Source: Methanobacteriota archaeon | GTDB taxonomy: Archaea > Thermoplasmatota > Thermoplasmata > SG8-5 | NCBI GenBank assembly: GCA_013791785.1 | Contig: VMTD01000047.1 | Span: forward strand, 1,704 to 65,703 | Length of the DNA: 64,000 nt | Direction: 5' to 3' | The notes under the pieces: model-generated | What the model saw: only the letters and a program-made list of their open reading frames with translations | What the model was told of the DNA's origin: nothing | Databases searched by the model: none | Shown: positions 44,954 to 55,800 of the stretch, piece after piece | Layout: each line of letters opens with the position of its first letter | Position numbering within the stretch: position 1 is the first letter of the stretch | Program-made: the position numbers and the translations under genes

Positions 44954-46414
44954 TTACAGCTTGCACGTCATATCGTCCGGCAATGCTTCCGGTGATGCAA
45001 TTGCCTTCTTGACGCCCATCAGCTTCTCGTGAATGTCCATTGCGGATTTCCTGCCTGCGCCCATGGCCTCGATGACCGTGGCCATTCCGGTGACGATGTC
45101 GCCCCCGGCCCAGACCCCCTCTTTCGAGGTCTTGCCCCATTCATCCGCGGTGATGTAGCCCCATTTGTTGAGCTCCAGCCCCGGAGTCGAAGTGGTCAGT
45201 AGGGGATTGGCTCCCGCACCTATGGCATTGATCACTAGGTCGCTCTCGATAACATACTCGGAATTGGGAATTAGAATTGGTTTTGAGCGGCCAGATTCGT
45301 CGGGTTCTCCAAGTTCCATCCTCGAGCATTTGAGCCCATTCACCATATTGTTCTCGTCGCCCAGTATCTCGACTGGATTGGTGAGAAGGCAGAGTTTCAC
45401 GCCTTCCTCCTCGGCATGGTGTATTTCTTCGGCTCTTGCTGGCATCTGCTCCCTGGCCCTGCGATAAACTATCGAAACATCCCCGCCCAGCCTGAGTGCG
45501 GTTCTTGCGGAATCCATAGCGACATTTCCGCCGCCGATGACGCATACTTTTTTTCCCCTAACTATTGGCGTATCGTATTCTGGAAATCGGTAAGCCTTCA
45601 TAAGATTGCTTCTGGTGAGGTATTCATTGGCTGAATACATTCCCCCCAAATTTTCCCCGGGAATACCCAAGAACTTCGGCAGGCCTGCGCCAACGCCGAT
45701 GAACACCGCATGGAAGCCTTTTTCAGTTAGTAATTCATCTATTGTAACTGTCTTTCCAACAATCTCGTTGAGCTTGAGATTCACACCGAGCTTCACCAGG
45801 TAATCAACTTCTTTCTCCACAATGTCCTTGGGAAGCCTGAATTCCGGAATTCCGTACATCAGCACGCCACCGGGTTTGTGAAATGCCTCGAAAATAGTCA
45901 CATCATATCCCAGTAGAATCATATCGCCTGCAACTGTCAGGCCTGAAGGCCCCGAGCCAACGACGGCGATTTTCTTGCCGTTGAGCGCTGCCTTAGGGGG
46001 GATTTGGACGAGTTCATGCTCCCTTTCGAAATCTGCTGCGAACCTTTCCAATCTGCCGATTGCTACGGCACGTCCCATCTTGTTCAGGACGCACTGGGCC
46101 TCGCACTGGCTCTCCTGCGGGCACACCCTGCCGCATACCGCGGGAAGTGCATTTGTCTCCTTTATCTTCCTGGCAGCTTCCGCGAATTTTCTCTCTGTGA
46201 TTAACTGGATAAATCCAGGAATGTTGATATTGACCGGGCAACCGCAAACACATGCCGGAACCTTGCACTGAAGGCATCGCTCCGCTTCTTCAACAGCCAT
46301 CTCGGCGTCATAGCCAAGCGGCACTTCCAGGAAGTTCTTCGCCCTTACTTCGGGGGCTTGCTCCGGCATTGGCACTTTATCTTTCCTTCGGGGCTTTTTC
46401 GGTGCAGGGCTCAT
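44954..46414 (-). CDS. nfnB: NfnB/SudA/GltD-family NADPH-dependent FAD oxidoreductase (two [4Fe-4S] + FAD + NAD(P)H sites)
   Basis: CLQCKVPACVCGCP and CGRVCPQESQCEAQC clusters; VVGSGPSGL and GGGNVAMD dinucleotide motifs. Confidence 0.8.
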   Translation of the reverse strand: MSPAPKKPRRKDKVPMPEQAPEVRAKNFLEVPLGYDAEMAVEEAERCLQCKVPACVCGCPVNINIPGFIQLITERKFAEAARKIKETNALPAVCGRVCPQESQCEAQCVLNKMGRAVAIGRLERFAADFEREHELVQIPPKAALNGKKIAVVGSGPSGLTVAGDMILLGYDVTIFEAFHKPGGVLMYGIPEFRLPKDIVEKEVDYLVKLGVNLKLNEIVGKTVTIDELLTEKGFHAVFIGVGAGLPKFLGIPGENLGGMYSANEYLTRSNLMKAYRFPEYDTPIVRGKKVCVIGGGNVAMDSARTALRLGGDVSIVYRRAREQMPARAEEIHHAEEEGVKLCLLTNPVEILGDENNMVNGLKCSRMELGEPDESGRSKPILIPNSEYVIESDLVINAIGAGANPLLTTSTPGLELNKWGYITADEWGKTSKEGVWAGGDIVTGMATVIEAMGAGRKSAMDIHEKLMGVKKAIASPEALPDDMTCKL

Positions 46415-47241
46415 TTCTTCGCCTCCTCAACATACTTTTCGAGTGAACATTTCTCTTCTGCCAGATAAATTTTCTGGCGTGAAGTAAGTAAATTCCAGTC
46501 AACCTGGTGCCCATCGAATTCTGGCCCATCAATGCAGGTGAATTTCGTTTCATTGCCGACATTCACGCGGCAACCGCCGCACATGCCTGTGGCGTCAATC
46601 ATTATGGAGTTCAAACTGACTATTGTCTTGACTCCGAACGGTTTCGTGGTAAACGTGCAGAATTTCATCATCGGGATTGGGCCTATTGCATAGACGACCG
46701 CGACCTTCTCTCTCTCGCATATTTCCTTCAGTGGTTCCGTTACGAGGCCTTTTCTTCCGAATGTTCCATCGTCCGTCGTAATAATATGCTCGTCGCTCAC
46801 ACCGGCTAGCTTGTCTTCCCAGAAAAGAAGCTCCTTGGTTCTGGCACCCTGGATGGAGATTACTTTGTTGCCTGCCTTCTTGAGTTCTCTGGCAATCGGG
46901 TAGATGGGGGCGGTCCCGACGCCGCCGGCAACCATCACGACAGTGCCGTAATTCTTGATTTCGGAAGCATGACCCAGCGGTCCCACGAATGCATAATATG
47001 AATCGCCTGCCTTCATCGCGGCAAGTTTGTAAGTGGACGTGCCAATCGTCATGAAGACAATTGTAATTGTGCCCTTTTCCCTGTCGAAATCGGCTATAGT
47101 AAGGGGAACGCGTTCTCCCTTCTCATCCGGCATGACAACCAAAAACTCGCCGGCTTTCGCTTTCCTGGCTATCTCAGGAGCTTCGACCACCGCTTCGTAA
47201 ATGGTGGGGACAAGCTCCTTCATGCTCAGTATCTTGGACAT
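46411..47241 (-). CDS. nfnA: NfnA/SudB-family PyrK-like FAD + 2Fe-2S subunit (start moved to the second Met, which has an RBS)
   Basis: ferredoxin-reductase fold motifs; C-terminal CGGCRVNVGNETKFTCIDGPEF 2Fe-2S; aggagttgacccatATG. Confidence 0.75.
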   Translation of the reverse strand: MSKILSMKELVPTIYEAVVEAPEIARKAKAGEFLVVMPDEKGERVPLTIADFDREKGTITIVFMTIGTSTYKLAAMKAGDSYYAFVGPLGHASEIKNYGTVVMVAGGVGTAPIYPIARELKKAGNKVISIQGARTKELLFWEDKLAGVSDEHIITTDDGTFGRKGLVTEPLKEICEREKVAVVYAIGPIPMMKFCTFTTKPFGVKTIVSLNSIMIDATGMCGGCRVNVGNETKFTCIDGPEFDGHQVDWNLLTSRQKIYLAEEKCSLEKYVEEAKK

Positions 47242-47396
47242 ATGGGTCAACTCCTGGGGGTAGGCAATCATGATTTCTTATTTATAAGCTTTCCAGGAAA
47301 CATTTTTGGCATACCTAAAACTGTTTCCATTATTGGCTCATAGCATGGGTCATCGTAGGCATTGGCCTCTAAGCAATCTTCAGAGAATTCCGTGGT

Positions 47397-49082
47397 TTAA
47401 TCGGGTATGGTAGAAGAAGCCACTTTCAATTTCCCTTTCTGTGCCATGTAAATATTGTACCCGCCGCTTATATTCTTGCATTTGAATCCGTTCTGGACCA
47501 TCATTCTGTAGGCTATGTATCCTCGCAAGCCAATAGCGCAGTATATGTTATACGTCTTGGTCTTGTCAAGTTCTCCCAGCCGTTTTCGAAGTTCATTTAG
47601 TGGAATGTGTGTAGCTCCCTCGAGAATAGGATATATCTCAATCTCTTCATTATCCCGCACGTCCAATAACTTTTCAGTGTTATGATCTATGGAATCCACT
47701 TCATTCCAGTGAATGTTTTCCACATCTTTTCTAAGAATGTTGCTGGCAACGAATCCAGCCATGTTCACCGGGTCCTTGGCCGAGGAGAACGGAGGTGCGT
47801 ACGCTAGTTCCAGCTCTTCAAGGTCGTAAACAGTCATGCCTGCACGAATGGCCGTTGCAATAATGTCTATACGCTTATCAACGCCATCCATGCCCACTAT
47901 CTGTGCTCCCAGTATCTTACCATCATCCGGGGCGAATAATAACTTGATATTCATCATCCGGGCACCAGGGTAATAAGCTGCGTGGGAGCCGGATTCCGTA
48001 TAAGAGGCAATATAAGGAATATTGTTGCGTTTCAGGCTTTTCTCATTGTTTCCTGTAAGGGCGACGGTCATCTCGAACACCTTGACAACCGCTGAACCCT
48101 GGGTTCCCTTGTAAGTAGAATTTCTTCCGAATATATTATCTGCGACGATACGGCCCTGTTTGTTCGCGGGACCGGCAAGCGGAATCATTGCTGGTTGACC
48201 GGAAATGAAGTCTGTTACTTCTACAACGTCCCCAGCAGCGTAGATATTGGGATCTGAGGTCAGCATATTCTTGTTTGTCTTTATTCCGCCACGCTCGCCC
48301 ATTTCAAGTCCGGAAATCTTTGCCAGCTCATTGTTTGGTCTAACGCCAATTGAAAGAATGACCATGTCGGTTTCCAACTCGGCACCACTCTTGGTTTTGA
48401 CCACTGTTTTGCTGCCTTTCTTGTGGAATGAGTCGACTGCATCCGATAAATGAAGGTGACAGCCATGATCGATGATATGTGAATGTACAATCGATGCCAT
48501 TTCGAAATCCACCGGAGGCATGACCTGGTCCAACATCTCGACGATAGTAACCTCCAGGCCCAGGGCGATAAGATTCTCTGCCATCTCCAGTCCTATGAAT
48601 CCTCCTCCTATTACAACTGCAGATTTGGTTTTGTTCTTGTCGATATATGCTTTGATTATGTCCGAGTCCGGAATTGTCCAGAGGGTGAATACCGAGTCAA
48701 GATTGATGCTTTCTAATGGTGGTTTGATTGGTTGGCCGCCTGGACACAGGACTAATTTGTCGTAACTCTCCGTGTAAGTTTCATTAGTCTTCAGGTTATT
48801 GACAGTAATTTCCTTCTTTTCTTTGTCTATATCGACGACCTCATTGAATGTTCTCACATCAATATTAAATCTATCCTGAAGAAGTTCAATAGTGGTCACC
48901 AGCAGGTCATCTCTATTTTTTATCTCATCGCCGATGTAATATGGCAATCCACAGTTTGCAAATGAAATAAATTCTCCACGTTCAAAAAGAATTATCTCTG
49001 CATCTTCGCTCAACCTGCGCGCTCTCGTGACAGTACTTGCGCCACCAGCGACGCCCCCTACAACCAATACTTTAATTGACAT
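47397..49082 (-). CDS. CoA-disulfide reductase / NADH oxidase family flavoprotein with a C-terminal rhodanese domain
   Basis: VVGGVAGGAS FAD motif; redox Cys in SFANCGLPY; second Rossmann VVIGGGFIGLE; C-terminal rhodanese with active-site CAIGLRG; RBS gggaggt. Confidence 0.8.
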   Translation of the reverse strand: MSIKVLVVGGVAGGASTVTRARRLSEDAEIILFERGEFISFANCGLPYYIGDEIKNRDDLLVTTIELLQDRFNIDVRTFNEVVDIDKEKKEITVNNLKTNETYTESYDKLVLCPGGQPIKPPLESINLDSVFTLWTIPDSDIIKAYIDKNKTKSAVVIGGGFIGLEMAENLIALGLEVTIVEMLDQVMPPVDFEMASIVHSHIIDHGCHLHLSDAVDSFHKKGSKTVVKTKSGAELETDMVILSIGVRPNNELAKISGLEMGERGGIKTNKNMLTSDPNIYAAGDVVEVTDFISGQPAMIPLAGPANKQGRIVADNIFGRNSTYKGTQGSAVVKVFEMTVALTGNNEKSLKRNNIPYIASYTESGSHAAYYPGARMMNIKLLFAPDDGKILGAQIVGMDGVDKRIDIIATAIRAGMTVYDLEELELAYAPPFSSAKDPVNMAGFVASNILRKDVENIHWNEVDSIDHNTEKLLDVRDNEEIEIYPILEGATHIPLNELRKRLGELDKTKTYNIYCAIGLRGYIAYRMMVQNGFKCKNISGGYNIYMAQKGKLKVASSTIPD

Positions 49083-49275
49083 GATTTTACCTCCCATATT
49101 CACAATTTTGCGCTATGATATGCATCAATGTATATGATGGAGGGTTGAAGTTAGACACAATATATAAATTTTTATATCTCATTATTCAGATATAAATTTA
49201 ACATTGATATATTACTGCACAAATGCCGAGAACGCTCAGTCCTTCAGGGCTGAGATGAATCGGGGAGCACTCATC

Positions 49276-50334
49276 CTATTCTCCCCTTTCCCTTTCTATC
49301 AGGGCCAATTTTCTCTCTTTTATTACACCAAGACATACCTTCTGCTGGTCGATCGTGGCAGTTACTCTCGGTGACAAGTAGGTCTTTTTCATTGCCCCGA
49401 AACACTCATCTGGGAATATTTCATGCAGATGTTCTTCCCATTTAAAATGCTCCTCAACGTTGGGGAAAGTACCAAAATACAACAAATTATATCTTCCTGA
49501 GTGGCCACGATAAGCTATGGGGATGCTGCAGTGATTTTTTATGTATTCATATATTCGTTCTTTGCACTTATTTAGTCTGACAAAACAAAATACAAGTACG
49601 TAATCTGGTGGAACGAAGAACCTGGGAAATCGACACAATGGTCTTGAAATGATCCCCTCCTCCTTGAATTTTTCTATTCGCCGTTCAATCGTTCTCCTGT
49701 GAGTGTTTAATTTATTTGCTAAAAGGTGCTCATTGGTTTTGATTGCCTCTCCCCGAAGTAATTTTTTTAATATTTTGAAGCCGAGTTCCTTTATTTTATA
49801 TCCATTGATCACCAGTTCATTATTTTCTTTAAATGCTTTTTCCAGACAATAAATGCTTGAATTCGGATCATATTTGATACGAAGTTTATTATCTAAGAAT
49901 AGGACATCAGCAGGAAACCTGTTCTCCAACGGAGGTAAAATATTATCACTCACCAATCGTTCCTTCCATGTATAATAGGAAGACATATCCTTATGAAATT
50001 CGAATAATAATGTATTATAACCTTCGTCCCATGATCTAAAAGAAGCGAAGATAGATTCATCTTCGAGAAGGAACTTTTCCACCTGCTCTGTTTTTGGAAG
50101 ATCTGCTTTAACGACTGCAAAAAGAGGCCGTTCGTTAAATACTTCAGTAAAAGGATAATAGGGGCCAACAATAATATTATTCTGATAAAGTTCGTCGACC
50201 TGGGTCTTGATTGTGTTCCTATGTTTATCCAAACTTTTTGAAAGGGCGCTAATATTAACACTCACTCCATTTCCTGACACTATGTTCTCCAATATCTCAA
50301 GGTTTAACTTGTCGTTTAGCAAATCAGTCATCAA
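49276..50334 (-). CDS. putative transcriptional regulator with two winged-HTH-like segments, transcribed divergently from the hybrid hydrogenase operon
   Basis: LEILENIVSGNGVSVNISALSKSLDKHRNTIKTQVDEL and ELGFKILKKLLRGEAIKTNEHLLANKLNTHRRTIERRIEKFKEEGII HTH-like stretches; 215-bp AT-rich divergent intergenic region. Confidence 0.5.
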   Translation of the reverse strand: MMTDLLNDKLNLEILENIVSGNGVSVNISALSKSLDKHRNTIKTQVDELYQNNIIVGPYYPFTEVFNERPLFAVVKADLPKTEQVEKFLLEDESIFASFRSWDEGYNTLLFEFHKDMSSYYTWKERLVSDNILPPLENRFPADVLFLDNKLRIKYDPNSSIYCLEKAFKENNELVINGYKIKELGFKILKKLLRGEAIKTNEHLLANKLNTHRRTIERRIEKFKEEGIISRPLCRFPRFFVPPDYVLVFCFVRLNKCKERIYEYIKNHCSIPIAYRGHSGRYNLLYFGTFPNVEEHFKWEEHLHEIFPDECFGAMKKTYLSPRVTATIDQQKVCLGVIKERKLALIERERGE

Positions 50335-50549
50335 ACCACAATATAATTATCAATATTAATACTTTGGGGTCTTAATGATGCAAGTTATGTACATTATGAT
50401 AGTTAATACTAATACATAATTACTGTTACATTATTCATTAAATAATAGCTATTAATTATATATTATAACCTTAAAAGATAGCATTTATGTCATTTATTGC
50501 CCATGATAATGTGATTTACTGTTAAATACCTCCTCTCTGATTACTGTTC

Positions 50550-52322
50550 ATGAACATAATAAAATCAAATGATAATAATGACATTAGTGCTGATATATCC
50601 TCAAAACCCCGAGTAGGATTCTTTGATTTTGCAAGTTGTGAAGGGTGCCAACTTCAAATCGCCAACCTCGAAGAGGAAATTTTGGATGTTGTCGATCGAC
50701 TGGAGATTGTATCTTTTCGTGAGGTCATGAAAAATCACTCTGATGACTATGACATTGCATTTATTGAAGGTTCAATCCACAGGCCAATAGACGAGGAGCG
50801 TCTGAAAGACATACGCTCTAGAGCCGCCATCCTCATCGCTCTGGGGGACTGTGCGTGTACTGGTAGCGTGAACAAGCTTCGCAATGACTGGTCTGTGGAC
50901 AATGTCAAAGCTGAGGTGTACAGGGGTGCTGAGGCCGCCATGAAGAACAACGATTTCTTCGATATATTCCCGACAAAGAGGCTCGACGAAGTCGTTGATG
51001 TTGACTTTTACATTCGTGGATGCCCTGTCAGGAAGGAGCAGGTGCTCTACTACATTAAGCGCCTATCCTCCATGCCACCGCACAAGAATCTGGATCTGAG
51101 ATTTGGTGTCGTACCCAGGGACATTGAAAAAGATGTGCGTTCCATAATCCAGTACAATCCACAAAAGTGTATATTGTGCAGACATTGCGAGATAATATGC
51201 AATGACATTCTAAACGTCCATGCTATAGGGATAACGAATAAAGGAAATGAATCTATTGTTTCCACTCCTTTCGATATCGGGCTGGACAATAACAAGTGCA
51301 TATCATGTGGCCAGTGCCTGGTAAATTGTCCTGTGGGTGCATTCACATCTTCCTCATCCGTGGAGAGAGTCCTGGAACTCCTTGATGATCCAGAAAACTT
51401 TGTGGTGTTCGTCATAGATCCAATTGCAGTGGCTTCGGCCATGGAGATTCTGCCTACAGAGAATACGCAACTCAGACCGGTGATGGGGAGCCTGATTGCT
51501 GCCCTCAGGGACATGAATGTCAAGAAAGTGATTGATTTCACTCACTTTGGTTATCTGTCACTGGCCGCACAGGGCGAGCATGTGAAAACCCACAAGGATA
51601 TGACCTTTACCTCATGGTGTCCCAGCGCCCACAGCTACATAGAAAAGTTCCTTCCCGAGTTCAAGAAACATATTCACAAAGAAACGTCCCCGGAGTACCT
51701 GATGCTGAAAGCATTTAGAAAATGGTACGGTGATGAGAATCTCAAGATAGTGTTTCTTTCCCCTTGCATAGTTCATAAAGGCAATCCTGATTTCGACGCG
51801 GTCCTCACTGCCAGGGAGCTTCCCGGCCTGTTGAAATCCAGGGCGATTGATTTGGATTTCTATGACCCGGAGAAGGGTGCGTTCGATTGTGAACTTGGTC
51901 TGTCCAGTGTTTATGTCAAGGGCGCAAGTAGTGATTATACTTACTCATTGCCCATAATCGAGATTGCCTACATGAGCAAGTTCAACAACCTGGACGCAGG
52001 GTTAGCTGTTACCACCATAGGCGATTATGCCCATGAACTGGCCTTTGACAGCGAGGAGGGCTTTTTCAACGCTCTTGTGATCGAGGATATTACCAGGGCA
52101 AGTAAATACCTGAAAAAAGACATCAGGAAGTACAATGTTGTAGAACTCTATCCGTGTTTCCATGGTTGCTTGACCGGTGGGGGTCAGGTTCCCACAACGT
52201 CCATGGACCTGCTAAATAAGCGTCGCGACCTCCTGAAAAATTATAAAGGCGAGTGCAAGGCCAAGGATTTGTTCGTTTCCCAGATAATTTCTGCATATGA
52301 TTCGATTAAGGAGGTGGAGTGA
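50550..52322 (+). CDS. fusion protein: [NiFe]-hydrogenase small-subunit (proximal-cluster) domain + 2x[4Fe-4S] ferredoxin-like + [FeFe]-hydrogenase H-cluster domain
   Basis: FDFASCEGCQ / GDCACTG / IRGCP; CILCRHCEIICN + CISCGQCLVNCP; TSWCP (C357), SPCIVHK (C406), ELYPCFHGCLTGGGQVP (C536, C540). Confidence 0.75.
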   Translation: MNIIKSNDNNDISADISSKPRVGFFDFASCEGCQLQIANLEEEILDVVDRLEIVSFREVMKNHSDDYDIAFIEGSIHRPIDEERLKDIRSRAAILIALGDCACTGSVNKLRNDWSVDNVKAEVYRGAEAAMKNNDFFDIFPTKRLDEVVDVDFYIRGCPVRKEQVLYYIKRLSSMPPHKNLDLRFGVVPRDIEKDVRSIIQYNPQKCILCRHCEIICNDILNVHAIGITNKGNESIVSTPFDIGLDNNKCISCGQCLVNCPVGAFTSSSSVERVLELLDDPENFVVFVIDPIAVASAMEILPTENTQLRPVMGSLIAALRDMNVKKVIDFTHFGYLSLAAQGEHVKTHKDMTFTSWCPSAHSYIEKFLPEFKKHIHKETSPEYLMLKAFRKWYGDENLKIVFLSPCIVHKGNPDFDAVLTARELPGLLKSRAIDLDFYDPEKGAFDCELGLSSVYVKGASSDYTYSLPIIEIAYMSKFNNLDAGLAVTTIGDYAHELAFDSEEGFFNALVIEDITRASKYLKKDIRKYNVVELYPCFHGCLTGGGQVPTTSMDLLNKRRDLLKNYKGECKAKDLFVSQIISAYDSIKEVE

Positions 52323-52808
52323 GTGGACACCAAAGATAAGTTCATAATTGATACGATACTGGAAAAATTCACCGACATGAAAGACCCTACTTTAATGATA
52401 TTACAGAACATCCAGGAGATACTGGGATGTGTGCGAGAGGAATATCTCACATACGTGGCCGAAAGCAACGGTTATTCTTTGACAGAGTTGTATGGTATAG
52501 TATCATTCTATCCGCAGTTCAGGTTGAGCCCGCCAGGTAAACACACGATCAAGATATGCAAGGGAACAGCGTGCCATGTTCGCGGCGGTGCCGCTATTCA
52601 GAAGAACCTGCAGAACCTCCTTGGAATCAAACCAGGTGATACAACCGAGGACGGTGTTTTCACTCTGGAATCCGTGAGATGTCTGGGATGTTGTGGCCTT
52701 TCCCCGGTCATAATGATAGATAATGAAACCTATGGAAGGGTGAAAACATCAAAACTACAGGAAATTTTGGTCAAGTACAAGGGGGTGAGTGCTAATGAAA
52801 ATCAGTAA
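52323..52808 (+). CDS. NuoE/HoxE-like 2Fe-2S subunit
   Basis: CKGTACHVRGG ... CLGCCGLSP; start overlaps the upstream stop; RBS aaggaggtgg. Confidence 0.85.
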   Translation: MDTKDKFIIDTILEKFTDMKDPTLMILQNIQEILGCVREEYLTYVAESNGYSLTELYGIVSFYPQFRLSPPGKHTIKICKGTACHVRGGAAIQKNLQNLLGIKPGDTTEDGVFTLESVRCLGCCGLSPVIMIDNETYGRVKTSKLQEILVKYKGVSANENQ

Positions 52809-55800
52809 TATTTCAGACCTCGACAAAATGGCCAGGGAGGGCGAGGAAAGACTTTACAATACACGTGCCCAGTTGATATTTGGCCTTGGTACATGTGGCA
52901 TTGCAGCCGGCGGTTTGCCTCTGAAGGAATTTGCTGAGAGTTACATTGACGAGAAAAACATCAAGGCAGACATAATCTCGGTTGGCTGCATTGGTATGTG
53001 TCATGCTGAACCCCTGGTAGACGTCAAGCTTCCTGGAAAACCCAGGGTCACATATTCTGAAGTTGACCTAGAAAAGTTGAAGATAATAATCGACGAGCAC
53101 CTAATTGGCGGTACTCCCTCACGGGATATGGCCCTTTGCCAGCTGACCAAGGAGATATCCGAGTGCGATTATGGAATTATTGACGAACCAGACCTTTACG
53201 ATGACATACCAACCTATGAGGAACTCCCATTCTTTTCAAAACAGCGCAGAATAGTCCTGAGGAATTGCGGAATAGTGAATCCAGAGGACATCACAGAATA
53301 CGTGGCCAGAGGAGGATACCGGTCCGCATTCAAGGCTCTTCACGAAGTGGCCAGGGGCGGTATCATTGATGAGATGAAGATATCTGGAATCAGGGGAAGA
53401 GGAGGTGCTGGTTTCCCCACTGGACTGAAATGGGATTTCTGTAGCAGGGCTCCGGGTGATGTAAAGTACATGATTTGCAACGCGGATGAAGGCGATCCCG
53501 GCGCATACATGGACCGTGCTGTCCTTGAAGGTGACCCTCACAGTGTAATAGAGGGCATGGTGATAGGCGCATATGCCATGGGTGCCAGCCAGGGCTATAT
53601 CTACATCAGGGCAGAATATCCGCTGGCCATAGAGCGTCTGAAGAAGGCAATTGAGCAGGCTGAAACGCTTGGCATACTGGGCGATCGAGTTTTAGGTGTG
53701 GATTTCAGTTTCAGGATACACATTCGCGAAGGGGCAGGCGTGTTCGTTTGCGGTGAAGAAACAGCGCTCATCCGTTCCATCGAGGGTAAGAGGGGCGAGC
53801 CCAGGCCCAGGCCTCCGTTTCCGGCGGCCAGTGGTCTATGGGGAAAGCCCACGAACATAAACAATGTAGAGACATGGGCAAATGTGGCCATGATACTCCA
53901 GAAGGGCGGTAAATGGTTCTCCTCAATGGGAACAATGAAAAGTCCTGGCACCAAGGTTTTCTCACTGGTTGGAAAGACCGAACGTGCAGGTCTCGTTGAA
54001 GTGCCCATGGGCATTCCAATGAAGGATATAATATTCGAGATAGGGGGGGGCATCCCGGACGGCAGAAAGTTCAAGGCCGTTCAGACTGGCGGTCCATCGG
54101 GAGGCTGTATACCAGCCGAACATCTGGATATCGGAGTGGATTATGAGAACCTGAAGACCCTGGGTTCGATAGTCGGCTCTGGGGGAATGGTCGTGTTGGA
54201 TGAGGATACTTGCATGGTAGATGTTGCCAGGTATTTTCTTACGTTCACATCCGAGGAATCGTGCGGCAAATGCACACCATGCCGTGTTGGAACGCGAAGG
54301 ATGCTGGAGGTTCTGGACAAAATATGTAATGGCCATGGCGAGATGTCTGACATTGACATTCTGAAAAGTCTTTCAGTCCAGATAAGGGACAGTGCCCTGT
54401 GTGCATTAGGCGGCACCGCGCCCAACCCTGTAATGACGACGATGAAATATTTCATGAACGAGTACCTTGAGCATGTTCAGCTGAAAAAGTGCTCTGCCTC
54501 GGTTTGCGCTGCACTGTTCAAGTCACCGTGTCAGAACACATGCCCTGCAGAGACCAATGTTCCTAGTTACATCCAACTTATCAACGAAGGTAGGTTTGTG
54601 GAAGCCTATGAGGTCAACAGGGAAAACAATCCGTTCCCATCAATTTGCGGAAGGGTGTGTGAGCATCCCTGCGAACCCAGGTGCCAGCGCGGTCAACTTG
54701 ACGAGGCCATTGCCATTCGTGAGCTCAAGAGGTTCTGCTCCGACGAAGCAATCAAGGCAGGCCAACCAGCAAAAATATCAACACTGGAGAAGGTGAACAA
54801 GACCGTTGCCATCGTTGGCGGAGGCCCATCCGGCCTTTCTGCAGCATATTTCCTTGCCAGACTCGGTTACTCTCCAACAGTGTTTGAATCCGCACCAAAG
54901 GCCGGTGGATGGCTGAGATACGGAATTCCAAAATACAGATTACCACACGATGTTATTGACAAGGAAATAGAGGACATAGTCAACCTGGGTGTGGAACTCA
55001 AGACTGGAATTGCAGTTGGCCGTGACGTGACCCTCTCCAAACTTAAAGAGGAGTATGATGCAGTATATCTGGCAGTTGGGGCCCAACTTGATAAGAAACT
55101 CGGATTGGAAGGTGAAAATTTACCTGGCGTTCTTCCTGGATTGCAGGTTCTCAGGGATATCAACTCAGATAAGCCAGTCAATATTGGAGAAAAGACTCTA
55201 ATCATTGGTGGTGGCAATGTTGCAGTTGACGTTGCTCGAACAGCAGTTCGCATGGGCACTGAGGTAACTATCTGCTACCGAAGAGAGGAGCAGGACATGC
55301 CTGCCTACGATGAAGAAATTCAGCATTGCAAGGAGGAGGGCGTTGTCTATCATTTCCTGGTATCTCCCGAGAAATTGATTATAGAGAATGGCAAGGCCGT
55401 AGGCGCAGTATTCCGCAGGAATGTTATGGGTGACTTCACAAAGTGGGGCAGGAGAACGCCAGTGCCCACAGACGAGACATTGGAGGTCAGGGCAGACAGC
55501 GTTATTGTTGCCATAGGCCAGGACCTTGATGGAAGATTTGCAAAAGATTTCCATGGTGAACTTTTCAGCAAGTCCAACCTGGTAATTGCAGGTGACGGTC
55601 TTGTAACCGGTGACCCCAAGATTTTCGCAGGCGGAGACGCTGTCAGAGGCCCTGCCAGCGTCATTGATGCCATAGCCGATGGTAAGCAGGCGGCCAGAAG
55701 TATAGATATCTTCCTGGGAGGTGAGGATAGGTTTGCAGAGCTGGAGAGGTCCAACTTCAAGGATTACGGAATGGAAGAACCCAAGAACGAGGACACTCTT

